Below are positions 1-12,645 of a DNA stretch of 55,348 bases, piece by piece. Position numbers and translations under genes: made by a program. A model generated the notes under the pieces. The model was not told the origin of the DNA, did no database searches, and saw only the letters and a program-made list of their open reading frames with translations. Within the stretch, counting starts at the first letter, position 1, and each line of letters opens with the position of its first letter. The stretch is from Nemertoderma westbladi (taxonomy: Eukaryota > Animalia > Xenacoelomorpha): assembly GCA_032718475.1 (NCBI GenBank), contig JAUCBJ010001251.1, forward strand, positions 1-55,348, in the 5' to 3' direction.

Positions 1-589
1 ACTGCTGAATTATCAAATATTATATTTTCCACGAATGCAGGGTCCATATTTAAAAGAAGATGACTAGATTTTCGTAAGTAATTTAATTGAAACAGTATTT
101 AATAATTAATTAATAATTATCGCTAGAGTTCCTGCAGCTTTTATTTGTTTGTGGCTGCCTCTGGCTATGTTTGTGGCAGGAATGTTTGAACGCTTATAAG
201 TCAGTCAATCAAGGATGAAATGGAACCAAACTTGGTACACATGTAGTCTATAAAAAATTTTGAAATTCTACACACAGACAGACTTCTACAGTTCCCCTGT
301 CTGCCGCTAGGGGGCGAATTAACAGAAACTTAAAAATAGCTGTAATTATAGAACCAACGATCAGATTCATCTGAAATTTAGTAGTAGTTACCTAAGAGCA
401 TTGCTTAATTAGAAATTCTACAGAGACTTTTACAGTTCCTGTCTGCCGCTAGTGGGGAATTGTTAAAGCTCCAGTTCAACGTGCTTAGCACGGTTTAATA
501 AACAATAAATTAATTATTTTATTCAATACAGTAATTATAACAGTAAAATGCAATGTATTCTATTTTTTAGTAAAATCAAGAGACAGGAG

Positions 590-832
590 GGGGGTGGGAC
601 TGGACGCAAATCCCATCTTGGCGAATTAATATCCCGCCTCAATATTAATTTCTCAATTTTGGGAAAGGAGCAGGTTACAGTGGCACGTTATTTTAACCAA
701 AACAATAAAGTAAACACAATAGAACAGGTTACAGTTTTATTTTTGAGAGTAATCAGCTGTTGTTATTTGCGTCCAATTTCCCCTGGAGAGGGATTAATTT
801 TTATTGCGTCCAGTCCCCCCCCCCCCCCCCCC
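590..832. mobile_element. MITE with GGGACTGGACGCAA...TTGCGTCCAGTCCC terminal inverted repeats
   Basis: Inverted termini next to G and C runs; the internal sequence recurs in reverse at ~19260-19410. Confidence 0.65.
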
Positions 833-989
833 CCTATCTTGAAATCAAATACCAAAAATATATTTATTATATGAACAATCTATTTGGAAATTGTAAGTTC
901 GGCCTATCTCTTTACCATAAGCTCAGTATCTTTATCTGGTGTGTTTTTATTATTTTACCAATTATTTAATACGTTTGATAGAATTGAAC

Positions 990-1595
990 AACACCGCCCA
1001 ACACAACCAACTCTCTATCCGCCTCGAGCTGTCGAGCATCGAGAATACGAGAAACTCGATCGAAATACCTGCTTATCCCAGTAGTATCCGTCCGTAGTCA
1101 CCGGACCGCTGCGGTTTACTCCCGTAGAACAGTAGAATTCCCGCAGCTTTCGACCCAATTCGACAACGAATTCGCTTCACACTTTCACGTCGCAGAGAAC
1201 GTAATCCAGTGCGATACAAGTATGCCCGACGTTCAACCATTTCCCCCAGGCGATACCAGGATCCGGGCCGCCGCTAAACCCAGATCGCAATCCTCGTCGA
1301 TTCGTCCAGTCGTCGACGTAAGTCAGTAAGTGGGACTCTTCCCACCGCACTCCAAGGTGGGTGACCGGAGTGAGGCATGAGGAACTTGGCAGTGGCCCGC
1401 ATTACGATCTGACCGACCGCCGTATTCCCAGTGTCTGAGTGTAGTAAATACCCAAATAGAATCGTACTGACAAACAAGCAATTCCGTAGCACTGCGTAGT
1501 ATTCCCCCGTTAATCACCTCTTGAAGCAACTCGGCTGCTCGGGTCCAGATACATCGGACTGTCGGGAGCGTTTCAGACAGTAATGGCAGAATGGA
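990..1595 (-). pseudogene. Aldehyde dehydrogenase family 3 (ALDH3-like) gene fragment, frameshifted
   Basis: Removing short duplicative insertions gives LPMYLDPSCF..VINGG...[41 protein letters not shown]...IAWGKWLNVGHTCIALDYVLC...LREFYGSKPQRSGDYGRI, which includes the ALDH3 LELGGKSP-type (catalytic Glu) and catalytic-Cys motifs. Confidence 0.9.
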
Positions 1596-2169
1596 GCGGC
1601 ATTTGCGAATATTTCCAATGGTTTTATAATAAATAAGGGGATTAAATGCTAAAACAAATGGATTATTCCTAACCCCACCCCAATACAGCAGTATACCTAA
1701 CAGTATATAGCTTGTACCACAGTACCATAATCTGATAATCAGCACAGTCAGCCTACGCTAATTTCACAGCAAAGTCCTTGTCATGGCCTGTGTGTAGTAG
1801 GCCATGGGTGGTACCTACGGCAGTACGGTGCGCACTACAACTGACAACGGCAGTACAGCAATACGGCTGTACGGTGTACCGTGCCAATGCAGCAATGACT
1901 GAATGATTAGCGGTAACTATCTAAACTATTATATTATTATTACCGGTGCCGGTACTGGGCTAATTAGGCCTAAACTTTAATCACCGCAAGGGTTGCCGGG
2001 GTTAATTAGATTACATGATATGGCATGTCTGCAGTGTATGGTACCGGCTGACCAGTATTGCAGTATTGACTGATTGCAGGATTCTCGATTCAGGGATTGA
2101 GTACAGCCTGACAGTACCGGTACACATGGTACATGCAGACAACCCCAATGTATTGCAAAATTTGTCAGA

Positions 2170-2470
2170 AAAACCAGCTGATTTATCCTACAGTAATAAT
2201 AATTTAACGCATTTTAAATTTGGATAAATAAATTTATTATAACTGCAATAACAGTTACACTGATGCTGCACGAAGACCCCACGCAAATTCTACTTGGAAA
2301 ATTTTCAAACTTTTGCCAAACAACATGTGTACCAAGTTTGGATAGATTTCATCAAGGATTGGCCGAGTTATTAACGTTTAAAATAAAATACTGAAAAAAA
2401 AACGCGACAGAACGACAGGTTGATTAATGGTACCCCTACGCTAAGGCTCACTCACTTCGTGGCTCGCCCC
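2170..2470 (+). mobile_element. Partial copy of the GTGGGGC...GCCCCAC MITE-like family
   Basis: Similar to ~9000-9265; ends in CTTCGTGGCTCGCCCAC, like the copies at 12646-12942 and 54056-54350. Confidence 0.6.
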
Positions 2471-2986
2471 ACAGTGATACAAACAAATGCAGTTTTTTTT
2501 CAATTCAAATCAATGTATTTATTTATCTTGATTATAACGAACCTGCCTATTAATAGGTAGTTCTTGTCAAGAGTTGAGCCGTTTAAAAACACGATGTGGT
2601 TGTGTGTGTGTGTATATATATATATGTATAACCATCCAATATCTCAAAAACTCAAGCAGGTACGCAAAAATTTTAGTAACAAACTCTCCATAAATTTTGG
2701 CTGCGCACAAGACTGTATATTTTTTGTGGCGTTTCGATCACGGGGTCACTGAAAAATAACGGTTTTGAAAATTTAAAGTCGAATTTCACCGATTTCAACT
2801 CGTCGAGTATACACCAACTTTTTTATTTGGGCTATTCAGTCATTTGAGAAACATATTTGAGTCTCAGAATCTTTTCAAATATCGCCAATCTCGCACAGAA
2901 CGTCACCAAAATTTGTTAGTCCGGCAAAAAAACGCACAAATTCGTCTAAAAGAGTAAATTATTTGATTGCAGAATAATATGATTCA

Positions 2987-3435
2987 ACTAGAAAAGCCAG
3001 CCAGCTGGCTATAAGGAGACCGTCCATATAGACAAACGTAGTGTTAGTTGTGTCCCTCCTCATTCATTATCATCAACTCCCTCCCACCTAACATAGCAGT
3101 GAGTAACCTTATAGACTATTGTCATAGGATTCACTGGGAAGAGGTATTCATCTGGTGGGGTGTAATACATTATACAAACTTACAGTTGATGTTTGATTAC
3201 TGTCTGGTTTAGAGTGAGAAAGTAATCAATTCGGCAAGTAATATACTTCTCTGCAGTTTGGGCTATCCATTCAATAAATAGTAGAAGATTACTAGGCCCA
3301 CATGAGTACCAGCAGCTGGTGTTTCTATCGTTGAGTTGAAGGCAATTATCGTGTTTTCATTTTCGCTCACTCAGGGTACTGCGGTACTGGTTTGAGGGGC
3401 AGGTTCGTTTAAAGCCAGCTTGCTGGCTTTCTAGT
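2987..3435. mobile_element. MITE with ~27-bp imperfect TIRs
   Basis: ACTAGAAAAGCCAGCCAGCTGGCT at the left end and AGCCAGCTTGCTGGCTTTCTAGT at the right end. Confidence 0.6.
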
Positions 3436-4189
3436 AAGTATATATATATGAATCAGTATAGATTAGAGCACAATACACAATTTTACCAATATTTGCTATA
3501 TTAATTAGATAGAGTTGTTTACAATCAAGAAGGGGTGCCATCTAATAGCTAGGGAGGTAGTTGGCAATGACATCCCGTGGGGGAGGGGGGGGGGGGGGGG
3601 TGGGGGGTGGGGATTGTGGAATGTGGGGGGCAATTACTGGTGGGTAAAGAACCAAAAGAAATAGTATAGCAACATACGACTGTTAAACAGGGTGGATAAG
3701 TAAAAGGCTTTTACCCTTTACTGCATGAATTATTAAAGCTCCATAGAAAAAAATGATTTTGGTGTTTGTCGCAGTCATTTGGGTTTAAAAAAACTAAAAA
3801 TTGGGAAATTTTTTTTTAAAATAAACTAGCACTTTTTGCACCACTACTGTTGCACTGGTGCAACATCATGCATAAAGGGGATAGAAATGTACATAATATT
3901 TGGCGAATTGTAAAAATGATTGTTTTCTTGATTCTTGTGTTGTATGGTTTTATGAGGGTTAAGAATTCCATGGAATATATAAAAATGCCATGAGACATCT
4001 AAAACTTCTATATTTCAGCGGTGGGTCGAAAATTTGGTGCCAGCACCAATTTTTGAAAATCCTTTCAATAGATGAATTGATTGTAACAAAATGTTTCATA
4101 TTGTTTAACATATTGCGTTATACATGCCGCTTCTAGTGTTGGTCTTTTTATTAACTCCAGAAAGACCAAAATTCTGACAATTCTGACAG

Positions 4190-4879
4190 TTAACTTTGAA
4201 AGTCCTCAGCAAGTCTCTGATCGGATGAGCATAAGCTCAAAGGATGGTATGCTTGAGCATGTGGATGACTTCTGTTACCTGGGATCATGGATCCGGAAGT
4301 CAGGTGAGGACCTTCGAATACGTAAGGGAAAGGCATGGGCAGCCTTGAATAGGCTTTCCAGGATTTGGAAGTCACCGAGAATTAATCGGAAACTTAAGGT
4401 CCGATTATTTAGAGCAGCAGTAGTTCCAGTACTCCTTTACGGGAGTCCATGCTGGGCTCTAACTGCGGAGGACACCAAATCTCTGGATGGCACATTCACA
4501 AGAATGCTACGCCGGGTTCATTGTGTCAAGTGCAATGCACACATCTCCAACCAGACACTATATAACATTGGAGGTGTCTCATTGGTTCCCCCAAACTTGA
4601 CACTAGAACAAAATCGCCTCCGCTTTGCAGGACATTGCTTTCGCCGTGAGGACCAGCCAGTGCATAATCTTGTACTTTGGCAGCCTCATGGAGTGAATAA
4701 GCATGGTGGACAGGCCATGACTTTCTTGAGACGCATCTTAAAGGACACTGGCCTTAAAGATGCAGATGATCTAGCAAATGTCATGGGTGATAGGGAGTTG
4801 TGGCGGTGCAATTTTGTTGACAAGCCGGCACAGCATTCTTAAAAATGCAGCTACAATGCAGCATGCCGATCCTAGTAGT
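4190..4879 (+). mobile_element. 5'-truncated RTE-like non-LTR retrotransposon (RT thumb / C-terminus)
   Basis: ORF 4225-4842 with VDDFCYLGS, LLYGSPCW and RLRFAGHC motifs; near-identical to 44140-44731; short TAG tail. Confidence 0.85.
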
Positions 4880-5212
4880 TATACTGGTTTATGGCGATTC
4901 TGAAAGTAATGAAATTAATGTAAATGAAAGTAATGACACAAGACATCTCAAACTTGTATTTTTCGGTGGTGGGTGCAAAATTTGGTGCCAGCACAAATTT
5001 TTGAAAATACTTACAATAGATAGTGACATCTTGTGGTAACTAGACATTTCAAAATCGAATTTTTTGGCGGTGGGCACCAAATTTTGAAAATATATCCAAT
5101 AGTAATTGTTGTAAGCGTTTGTAATACAAATTCCAATTAGGTAATACACATGTAATATTTTCAAGATATCAACTTTATTTAATACGAGAGTAACAAAAAC
5201 GAGAAAAACAAA

Positions 5213-6595
5213 GGTTGACGCCTCCCACATGCTTGTTATACTCCTCCACCATTGCTGGGCGCTGAATTTCGATCTTTCTATTGTGTTCCTTGGACCACCT
5301 TAGAGCAGGAGTTCCAAGGCCAAGGCCAATATAGAGTTAGAGAATTTGAACGAAATTATTTTCAAGCCATCTTACTAAACATATTATTCTTGAATTTGCA
5401 TCAACACGCCAATCCATGCATCCCCTACCTTCATACTTGAGTGCTTTTGACTTTTGCTAGTGCTTTTGAAGTGCACTTGACTTAAGAATAACTTTAGCCC
5501 CTTTTAGTCTATTCATTCGGGCAGTTCCAATCACCATGATTCCCACGGATTGCATAAACTGAATTAAGTCTAGTGACATAAATAGGTTATCAAAGTTCAC
5601 CTTGTATTTCCAAACTTACCTAATAATTTAATTTCGTCTATATTCCCCCTGTTGTCAATTTTCCCAACGTAAATTTCAAAATCGTAAATTATTCCACTTA
5701 TACCACAGCAGGCCCAGACTTTATATCCCCATTTGTGGGGTTTATTCGGTAGATACTGACGTAAGGAAGATCTTGCTTTTGTCGGAATGATTTGTTCATC
5801 GATGGAGTGTTTCTCTTCTGGTTCAAGATTTTGACATTTCTCTACAATTGAATCAATCAATCTTCTTACGAAGTTTATCTTGAAAGTTGCAATCGATGTC
5901 CCGACATCCTCGTTATTATTGAAGTGGAGGATGTGTTTTATTTTATCAAAACGATTGACAGACATTGTGTCTGCTAGCACTGGAGTGCGCAATTCATTTG
6001 ACCAATAAAGTCTATATTGAGGAAGTTTTACAATACCCATATATATCAATATCCCATTATACTTTTCAATTTCAAGTAAATTGGTATTCAGTGTAAGCCT
6101 TTCTTTTGCATTTAGTACACATTAGTCTGAAAAAGAATTAGTTCTTATAATATCATTAACAAATAAGTTTTTAAAGTAATCAAGGGGTTCTTGTAGATCA
6201 TTATTTGGTTCACTGAATGGTTTCCCTGTATATGTTGCATTGAATTCTGGGGGCTCCTTCTTTCTCTATCGCACATGCCGACGAGTGTCTACCACCTCAT
6301 CCCCTTCACTACTCTCCTCTTCGTCTACAACTTCCTCCTCATATTCTTCATCATCCTCGACTATCTCCTCATAAGCAACATCTTCCTCAGAATTTTCGAA
6401 TTCATCACCCTCGTTTTCATCTGATTCATCACTTTCGATGGGATTTGGTAGGATAACAGCCACTCTATCTATCCACTCTAATCTACTCTAATCCTCTACA
6501 TATCTGTTTTCTCGCATTCGCAATCTGGTTGAGTAATCCATGGAATTACCGTAGAATCTCTTTAATGAAATTGAAGTCAATTCCGAGGAAGCCAT
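5213..6595 (-). pseudogene. Decayed piggyBac (PGBD-like) transposase
   Basis: Acidic N-terminus, MSVNRFDKIK..LHF, SIDEQIIPTK..LRQYLPNKPHKWGYK, FDNLF and EEYNKHVGGV motifs spread over broken frames. Confidence 0.9.
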
Positions 6596-6937
6596 ATCTT
6601 AGATGTAATAGGCATAGACTCCCAAATTCAACTCTATAATTCTACCTAAATGTAAGTGATTGTAGTGTATAATTAACCTAAAATGTATAGAATCAACAGA
6701 AATTTCAGAACAATCACCTGAACAAATTTCGTACCTTCCAGCATGATGTTGGATTTGTGCACCGGTCAGTCTGCACGCCTCGAAAAGATATTATATGTAA
6801 AGCTAAGGTTATTTTATGAAAAAATAAATATTTTATTATTATAATAATTTTTTTCAGACCTTCAGACTGTCTAACATTCTATGTTGTTATACTATAATTA
6901 TATTTACTTAAAAAATGAATTTAAAATAATTGTGTAA

Positions 6938-7063
6938 ATGATGATGAATGTACATTAAACACAGACAACTGCCACATTAATGCTGACTGTTTCAATACTG
7001 ATGGTGGATTTAGTTGTAGTTGCAAAACTGGATATACAGGAGATGGTGTCACTACATGTTTGG
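6938..7063 (+). pseudogene. Calcium-binding EGF-like exon (126 bp, phase 1-1) with mutated acceptor
   Basis: Encodes [42 protein letters not shown]; GT donor at 7064; acceptor reads AA where the paralogs have AG. Confidence 0.8.
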
Positions 7064-7149
7064 GTAATAACTTTATATACACATTGTGGGGCCTTCGCGC
7101 AGCACGAGAGCCTATATAAGCAATCCATGCAATCCACAATTGGCTATAT

Positions 7150-7290
7150 CTAATGCAATGTGTATAAAGAATGCTATGCCGGTTTAAAATTGCGCCGCCA
7201 CAACTCCATGACTTCCGCAAGACCAGTGTCCCTTAAGAAGCCTCTCAAGAAAGTCATGGGTGATCCTCTCACTCAGCATGGGGTTCCGAA
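7150..7290 (-). mobile_element. Degenerate 3' fragment of the RTE-like LINE
   Basis: Reverse-complement similarity to ~4690-4860 (AAGAATGCT..GCCGG, GCCACAACTCC, CCAGTGTCC, CTCAAGAAAGTCATGG). Confidence 0.65.
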
Positions 7291-7865
7291 CGCTTAACTT
7301 AATTAATTAATCACTTTAATAGTGATGTTTAGGAATATTGATGAAATTCATATACCTTTGTATTTATTTGTATTGAATTAATTTCGCACTACCGAATCGC
7401 CAGGGCGACATTTTTTCTCAGTCTATCCCTACGCCATACATTTTAGTCATTTTACTATGTAGTTTCAGTAAATCCGGTATGTCACCACGTCATTATTAGG
7501 TTGTTCTAGAAAGTTTGAGTGCATTGTTCATCATTTATTGCATGGTAAATAATGTAGAACATTATTTTCACTATACTCGAGATATTTTTTTTACCAAGCA
7601 TAGCGAGGTTAATACAGAATTTCATTTTGTGCCGTAATGCTTGCTATAAAGTGCTATTCTATGAACAATTACGTTGACGTATATAGTTATTATTCAACTA
7701 ATTGCAGTTACTACAACAAATAATAGTAATATTACACATAACAATATATATAGTGGCTATATATATAGTGATTGATTACATTACATCGCTACAAGATTTC
7801 ACCGGAGCACTGATAAGTTGATATGTATCAAAACTAAACCTTAATTTCTGAAATAGAAATTAGAA

Positions 7866-8498
7866 CCGGTCGGGTTGTGTAGAGCTGATGGGAAGCGTGT
7901 CGATGGCGTTACCCTCGAATCGTGGAGTGGGGGCCGGCCGATGACCTGGGATGCGACCGTCGTCGATCCCCTCGCTCCCAGTCATCTCGCCCAGAGCACG
8001 CAGGCCGGCCGCCGTGTTGTCGAGGAGGCGGAAAACTCAAAGATTAAGAAATACGAGGAACTGACCGTCCGAGGGAGCTACCTCTTCTACCCGGTAGCAT
8101 TTGAGACCTTCGGTCGGCCCGGTCCTGAGACGGCTGCATTCCTTAAGGAGGTTGGCCGACGCCTCCACGCAGCCACTCAGGAGCCGCGATCCCATCGGTT
8201 CCTCCTCCAACGTCTCCTTGTAGCCATCTTGATCGGCAACACGGCCTCCATCCTCGGCTCTATGGACCCTCTGTCCGATGGCCTCTACGACGAGGTTTTG
8301 TCGCCAGCTGCCCCCGCGCCCCCCACTGACTCAGCGGGTTAGACTGATCTTGAACTTTTGTATATAGTTAGGTAGGTAGTTTATATTAATCTAGTTAGTG
8401 TGCCTCATTGTGCTATAAGAAAATATTTACATTTTTTTTTAAGTAATTTTAATTAAATAAAAACAATTGGTATTGGAATAGATAAGCAAAAAAAAAAA
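7866..8498 (+). mobile_element. 5'-truncated CRE-clade-like non-LTR retrotransposon (restriction-like endonuclease C-terminus)
   Basis: DGKRVDG..W..G..WDATVVD..AE..K..KY..FYPVAFETFG..QRL..AI..GN motifs; poly(A) at 8488-8499; 11-bp TSD AGAAATTAGAA at 7855-7865 and 8499-8509. Confidence 0.85.
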
Positions 8499-9842
8499 AG
8501 AAATTAGAAAGTTAGTAAATAGAAATTTCTGAAATGAGTAAATGGACTTCGACTTTGGCGGTTTGCTGTGATGAATCAATAAATCGTGAGATTTAGACCC
8601 ATATATGTTCAGGAAGAGGAAAGATTGGAAAATTATTTCATATCAAAATAGTAAATTTTCATTCGCATGGCCTTAAGCACTGAGATAAGAAATATGTTTT
8701 GCATATCACAATAATGAAAATTTTTGCATACGGGGTTTTTACGGTTGACGAATTGCAATTGTTAGGGTGTTTTGCATATCACCAATTTACCTAGGGTGAT
8801 TTTATTACCGTATCGCAATATCGCAAGAATCGCAATTCAGACATCCGTCGATTGCAGGACTCCCTACAACCTACCGCACCTACCAATAATGCAGTACCAT
8901 CCTGACAACAAGCCTAGAGTAGAGAGCTCGGCCTACCATATACAGCAACAGCAGTGAGCAGTACAGTATACCGTGCAGTATATCCTCCAGTCTCCTAGCG
9001 ACCAGCTAATAATTTTGGATAGATAAATTTATTATAACTGCAAGACATTTACACAGGTGCTGCACGAAGACCCTACGCAAACAAATTTAACTTGGAAAAT
9101 TTCTAAACCTTTGCAAGACTACATGTGTACCAAGTTTGGATAGATTTTATCGAGATTTGGCTGAGTTATTAACGTTTAAAATTGAACACAGCAGAACGAC
9201 ATACACACCAATTGAGTTAGTGGTACCCATATGGTAAGCTCGCTTACTTTCGTGGCTCGCTCCACAATTATAGATAAATTTTGTTAATACCTGAAAACAT
9301 TTTATGTTTTTATACTATAGTTATTTTAACTCATTAATTATATATTAAATATATACATAAAATTAATTTATCTACAGGATATTAATTAATATTATATTAT
9401 ATTTTTTTTTTTACAAATGGTGTGCTATACAATATAAATATATTATAAATCAAGTTATAATTCTGCCATTAATCAATAGGTCCAGGATAACACAATATTA
9501 AAGTAACGAACAAACAATTAAAAGCAATTAAAAATCGCACCACCAAGGAATAGCAAGAATGCCAATGCCACCACCAAATCAGTAATATATCAGATATTAT
9601 ATTATATACGCTATTCATATAAAGTGAATGTGTTCACTACTCATGTGAAGTGAATGTATTCGCTGTTCAAATACCCAATGGATTCAACCCGAATTCCTTT
9701 AATAGTTTCTTGTTGTATTGTTGAATTACCAAATTGTGATCCTCCCATCTTTGTCTCGCTGCATAAACTTTCGCTACTGAAGCATCTAAAGCCTACATAT
9801 TAATTAATAAACAATCTTCATAGTGCAGAAAATGGCACCAGT

Positions 9843-10116
9843 TACAGAGACTCTACCCCTCAAGGATGTCGTATAGTCCTCGGATGCCGAGTCGAATAAT
9901 CCCAGTATGGATGCAGTGTTCCCAATTAGGATCGCAATGAGGATCCGATGCAGTAGAAAACGGTGGGAGCCGGGTTCCTGCGTCTGGGAGGCGATCCTCT
10001 TTCCCAGTTTCTGGAGAAACTCAGCCGTTTTTGGACCGGGGTTGCTGAATGTTCTTGAAGGCGACCGGGGTAAACTGGTAGCCCTGGTCGATGAACTCCC
10101 GGTATTTGCTGATCTT
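9843..10116 (-). mobile_element. Second, diverged CRE-like RLE fragment
   Basis: Minus strand gives KISKYREF..GYQFTPVAF..GPKTAEFLQKLGKRIASQTQEPGSHRFLLHRILIAILIGNTASILG, homologous to 7875-8342. The insertion probably extends to ~9332 (near-duplicate TTATTTTAACT flanks). Confidence 0.8.
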
Positions 10117-10155
10117 ATTTTTAACTTAAAAAATAAATTTAAAATAATTTTGTAG

Positions 10156-10281
10156 ATGATGATGAATGTACATTAAACACAGACAACTGCCACATTAATG
10201 CTGACTGTTCTAATACTGATGGTGGATTTAATTGTAGTTGCAAAACTGGATCTACAGGAGATGGTGTCACTACATGTTTAG
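10156..10281 (+). CDS. Calcium-binding EGF-like exon (126 bp, AG/GT intact)
   Basis: [42 protein letters not shown] with six Cys; canonical splice sites; the host gene is probably broken. Confidence 0.65.
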
Positions 10282-10393
10282 GTAATAAATTTAGATAAAA
10301 TTATAAACAGAATTTGTTAATAGCTGAAAACATTTTATTTTGTTATACTATAATTATATTTCTTTAAAAAATGAATTTAAAATAATTTTATAG

Positions 10394-10706
10394 ATGATGA
10401 TGAATGTACATTAAACACAGACAACTGCTACATTAATGCTGACTGTTCCAATACTGGATGGATTGGTTCCCTAATGGAACCAAAGGAGGTGCATGGAATA
10501 CAATTAGTTCTGGCAAAGATGGTATTATTTGGGCTACAAAATCAAACCAAGAAATATATGCAGCCCGTGTTGGTGGGGACAACGCAGCTCCAAAGTGGGT
10601 TCGGATTGATGGTGGCTTAATCCAAGCGAGTGTTAGCAGTTACAATGGTGTTGTTTGGGGTGTTAATACCGGTGACGGAATTTATTTTAGAAATGGGATT
10701 TGTTAA
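10394..10706 (+). pseudogene. Truncated EGF exon joined out of frame to tectonin/tachylectin-like beta-propeller repeats
   Basis: The EGF half ends at ~10456. Another frame gives WNTISSGKDGIIWAT..IY..W.RIDGGLIQASVS..GVVWGVNTGDGIYFRNGI, a typical tectonin repeat pattern. Confidence 0.7.
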
Positions 10707-11825
10707 AAAAGCTTTATTCTAAAACTTTTGGTTGTTGGTATTGTTATGTATGCTACTTCTCACTTGGTGATTTTGGTATTATATGAGTATTTAAAGAGAT
10801 TTGATATAACAGTTGGCGTTTGCGACATTAAATTCAAAAGGCTATTCTCCAATAGTCCTATTTTGAATGAAATCTCTTCATATCATATACATTTCTACAT
10901 ATAAACAATATAAATGTGTATATTTTCAAATTGGAACGGATTCCAGACAATAATTATCACAGAACAACGGATTCTAGACAATAATTATCACAGAACAACG
11001 GATTCGTCCAACTAATCAGGCTGTACGACAGTTGCCGAACATCTGCATTAGATACTACTTTGAAAATCGTGGGTGGTATAACTTGTAACGAATCTCGTTT
11101 CGTGACAAAAGTTGACCAATTGCGATACTGACTCTTATTATCTCTGACTCTAAATTTGGTAATTTACACAATGCTCCCAATGCATTCTTAAGAACTTTTT
11201 AAATTATAGACATTGTACTTACTGGATGTTGTACTGTAAAAGGTGATGGCATTTGGCACCTTAGGGTCATACACCCTCAGATAAGCCTAATTGTTTATAC
11301 TGTATGTTTATTAAAAAGAGTAAACTCGCCACGATTGCACTTTATTAAAATCATCACAAACTCACCAAACAGAATGTTCTATCCCGGTTTCACAGCATAT
11401 GCCCTCTGAAGATTCTGCACCCCCCCCCCCCCCCACGCCTCCCCCCTGCTCGGTTAAATTTCGCTAGAGTATTATGAACCCTAGGACGAAATACGCAAGC
11501 ATAAATTGTAGGGGATAGTATCTGATATATTGTCTGTTGTTCGCTTTTTCGGTCCACCATTTTTGCCTTTCTTTTCACTCGATTTGATGTCAGTTTCTGC
11601 ATTAGACTAGGTAGCTACCGGTAGCTAACTGTCTTCTGCTACATATAAAAATACAATAGGACCTAACAACAATCAAGAATAAAAGTATGGAAGGAAAAAT
11701 AACCCTAAGTTTCCAACTACAGTGAAGGTACGAAACTGAAAGTAAATAATAAATCCGATGTATATGTATATGTATATGTATATAGATATTCCTTGTATCA
11801 TGCGGGCCATATGTGTATAACTCCA

Positions 11826-12048
11826 GTGGCCCATTCGCATTCAAGAAATATATTTTTCAGGCCTATTCGCTACCAAGTGGCCTATTTTATCAAAGGCCAT
11901 TTTTAAATTTGGCGGCCCAATTGCTACAAATTGGCCCTGGGGCTACATAAATTATTTTACGTGGCCTTTATGCTACTAGAAGGCCTAAATGGGACTAAGA
12001 ATATATTCACTATGGCCCAGAGGCTACAATGTGGCCCCTTTGCTACCA
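11826..12048 (+). repeat. Degenerate array of GGCC-N5-GCTAC motifs
   Basis: Motif recurs with short variable spacers, e.g. GGCCTATTCGCTAC, GGCCCTGGGGCTAC, GGCCTTTATGCTAC, GGCCCAGAGGCTAC. Confidence 0.6.
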
Positions 12049-12645
12049 CAATTTTATAGTTATATAGTTATAGTTATGTATATAAATTAAATTATAATTT
12101 AAACGCCATCTGATGTATGACCATGGAATTTATTATTGGATAATTTAACCATGGCCAATATACTACTAGCGAAATATAATAAAAAATATATATTTGGTAA
12201 TTTTTGGGCCATTGAGTTTTTCAAAACGTCAAAACGAGTAAAAGTTTTGTAGAATAGATTTATTTATATAATATTTATAATATTTATATACAGTATAAAA
12301 ACAATAACAAATACACCAAACATAATGGTATTTTTTCACCAACATACTGTAACATAATAGGATTACCCTTAAAAGCTCTGCAGCATATTTCCAAGCATAT
12401 TTCTAATTTATGTTACTTACAAATACCGTACAATATGAAAAATATGAAAATGGGTTATGGGGGATAACTTAAACTTTAACTGTCTTTTTTCATATCAATA
12501 ACTCTATTAGTAATGGTGGGGTCTATAAAACATTAGTTCCCCTCAGGGAGGGGGGGGGGGGGGGGGGGGCGCAATTCATCTTTCCAAATATATCATTACA
12601 CTAGTATAAAAGGTCACGTTCTCACTCAATTGCAAATATATTATT

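Larger units (their letters stand above)
1..1792 (-). mobile_element. Composite repeat, copy A (left end outside window), carrying an ALDH3 fragment; inverted paralog of 40601-41897
   Basis: 1-~622 and ~1224-1805 match 40586-41852 in reverse complement; 1745-1792 is the same ~48-bp arm that forms the inverted repeats bounding copy B. Confidence 0.7.
7086..9265 (+). mobile_element. GTGGGGC...CCAC family element enlarged by nested insertions
   Basis: Starts GTGGGGCCTTCGCGCAG and ends CTTTCGTGGCTCGCTCCAC; the EGF intron sequence resumes directly afterwards. Confidence 0.55.

Noticed and set aside
548-969. Short ORFs with poly-Pro/poly-Gly (also 11390-11602 and 19360-19659)
   Set aside because: They translate C/G homopolymer runs, mostly at repeat ends; no coding signature.
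990-1595. RNA editing or programmed DNA excision restoring the ALDH3 frame
   Set aside because: The fragment lacks both gene ends, has an in-frame stop, and its insertions differ between copies A and B; pseudogene decay is simpler.
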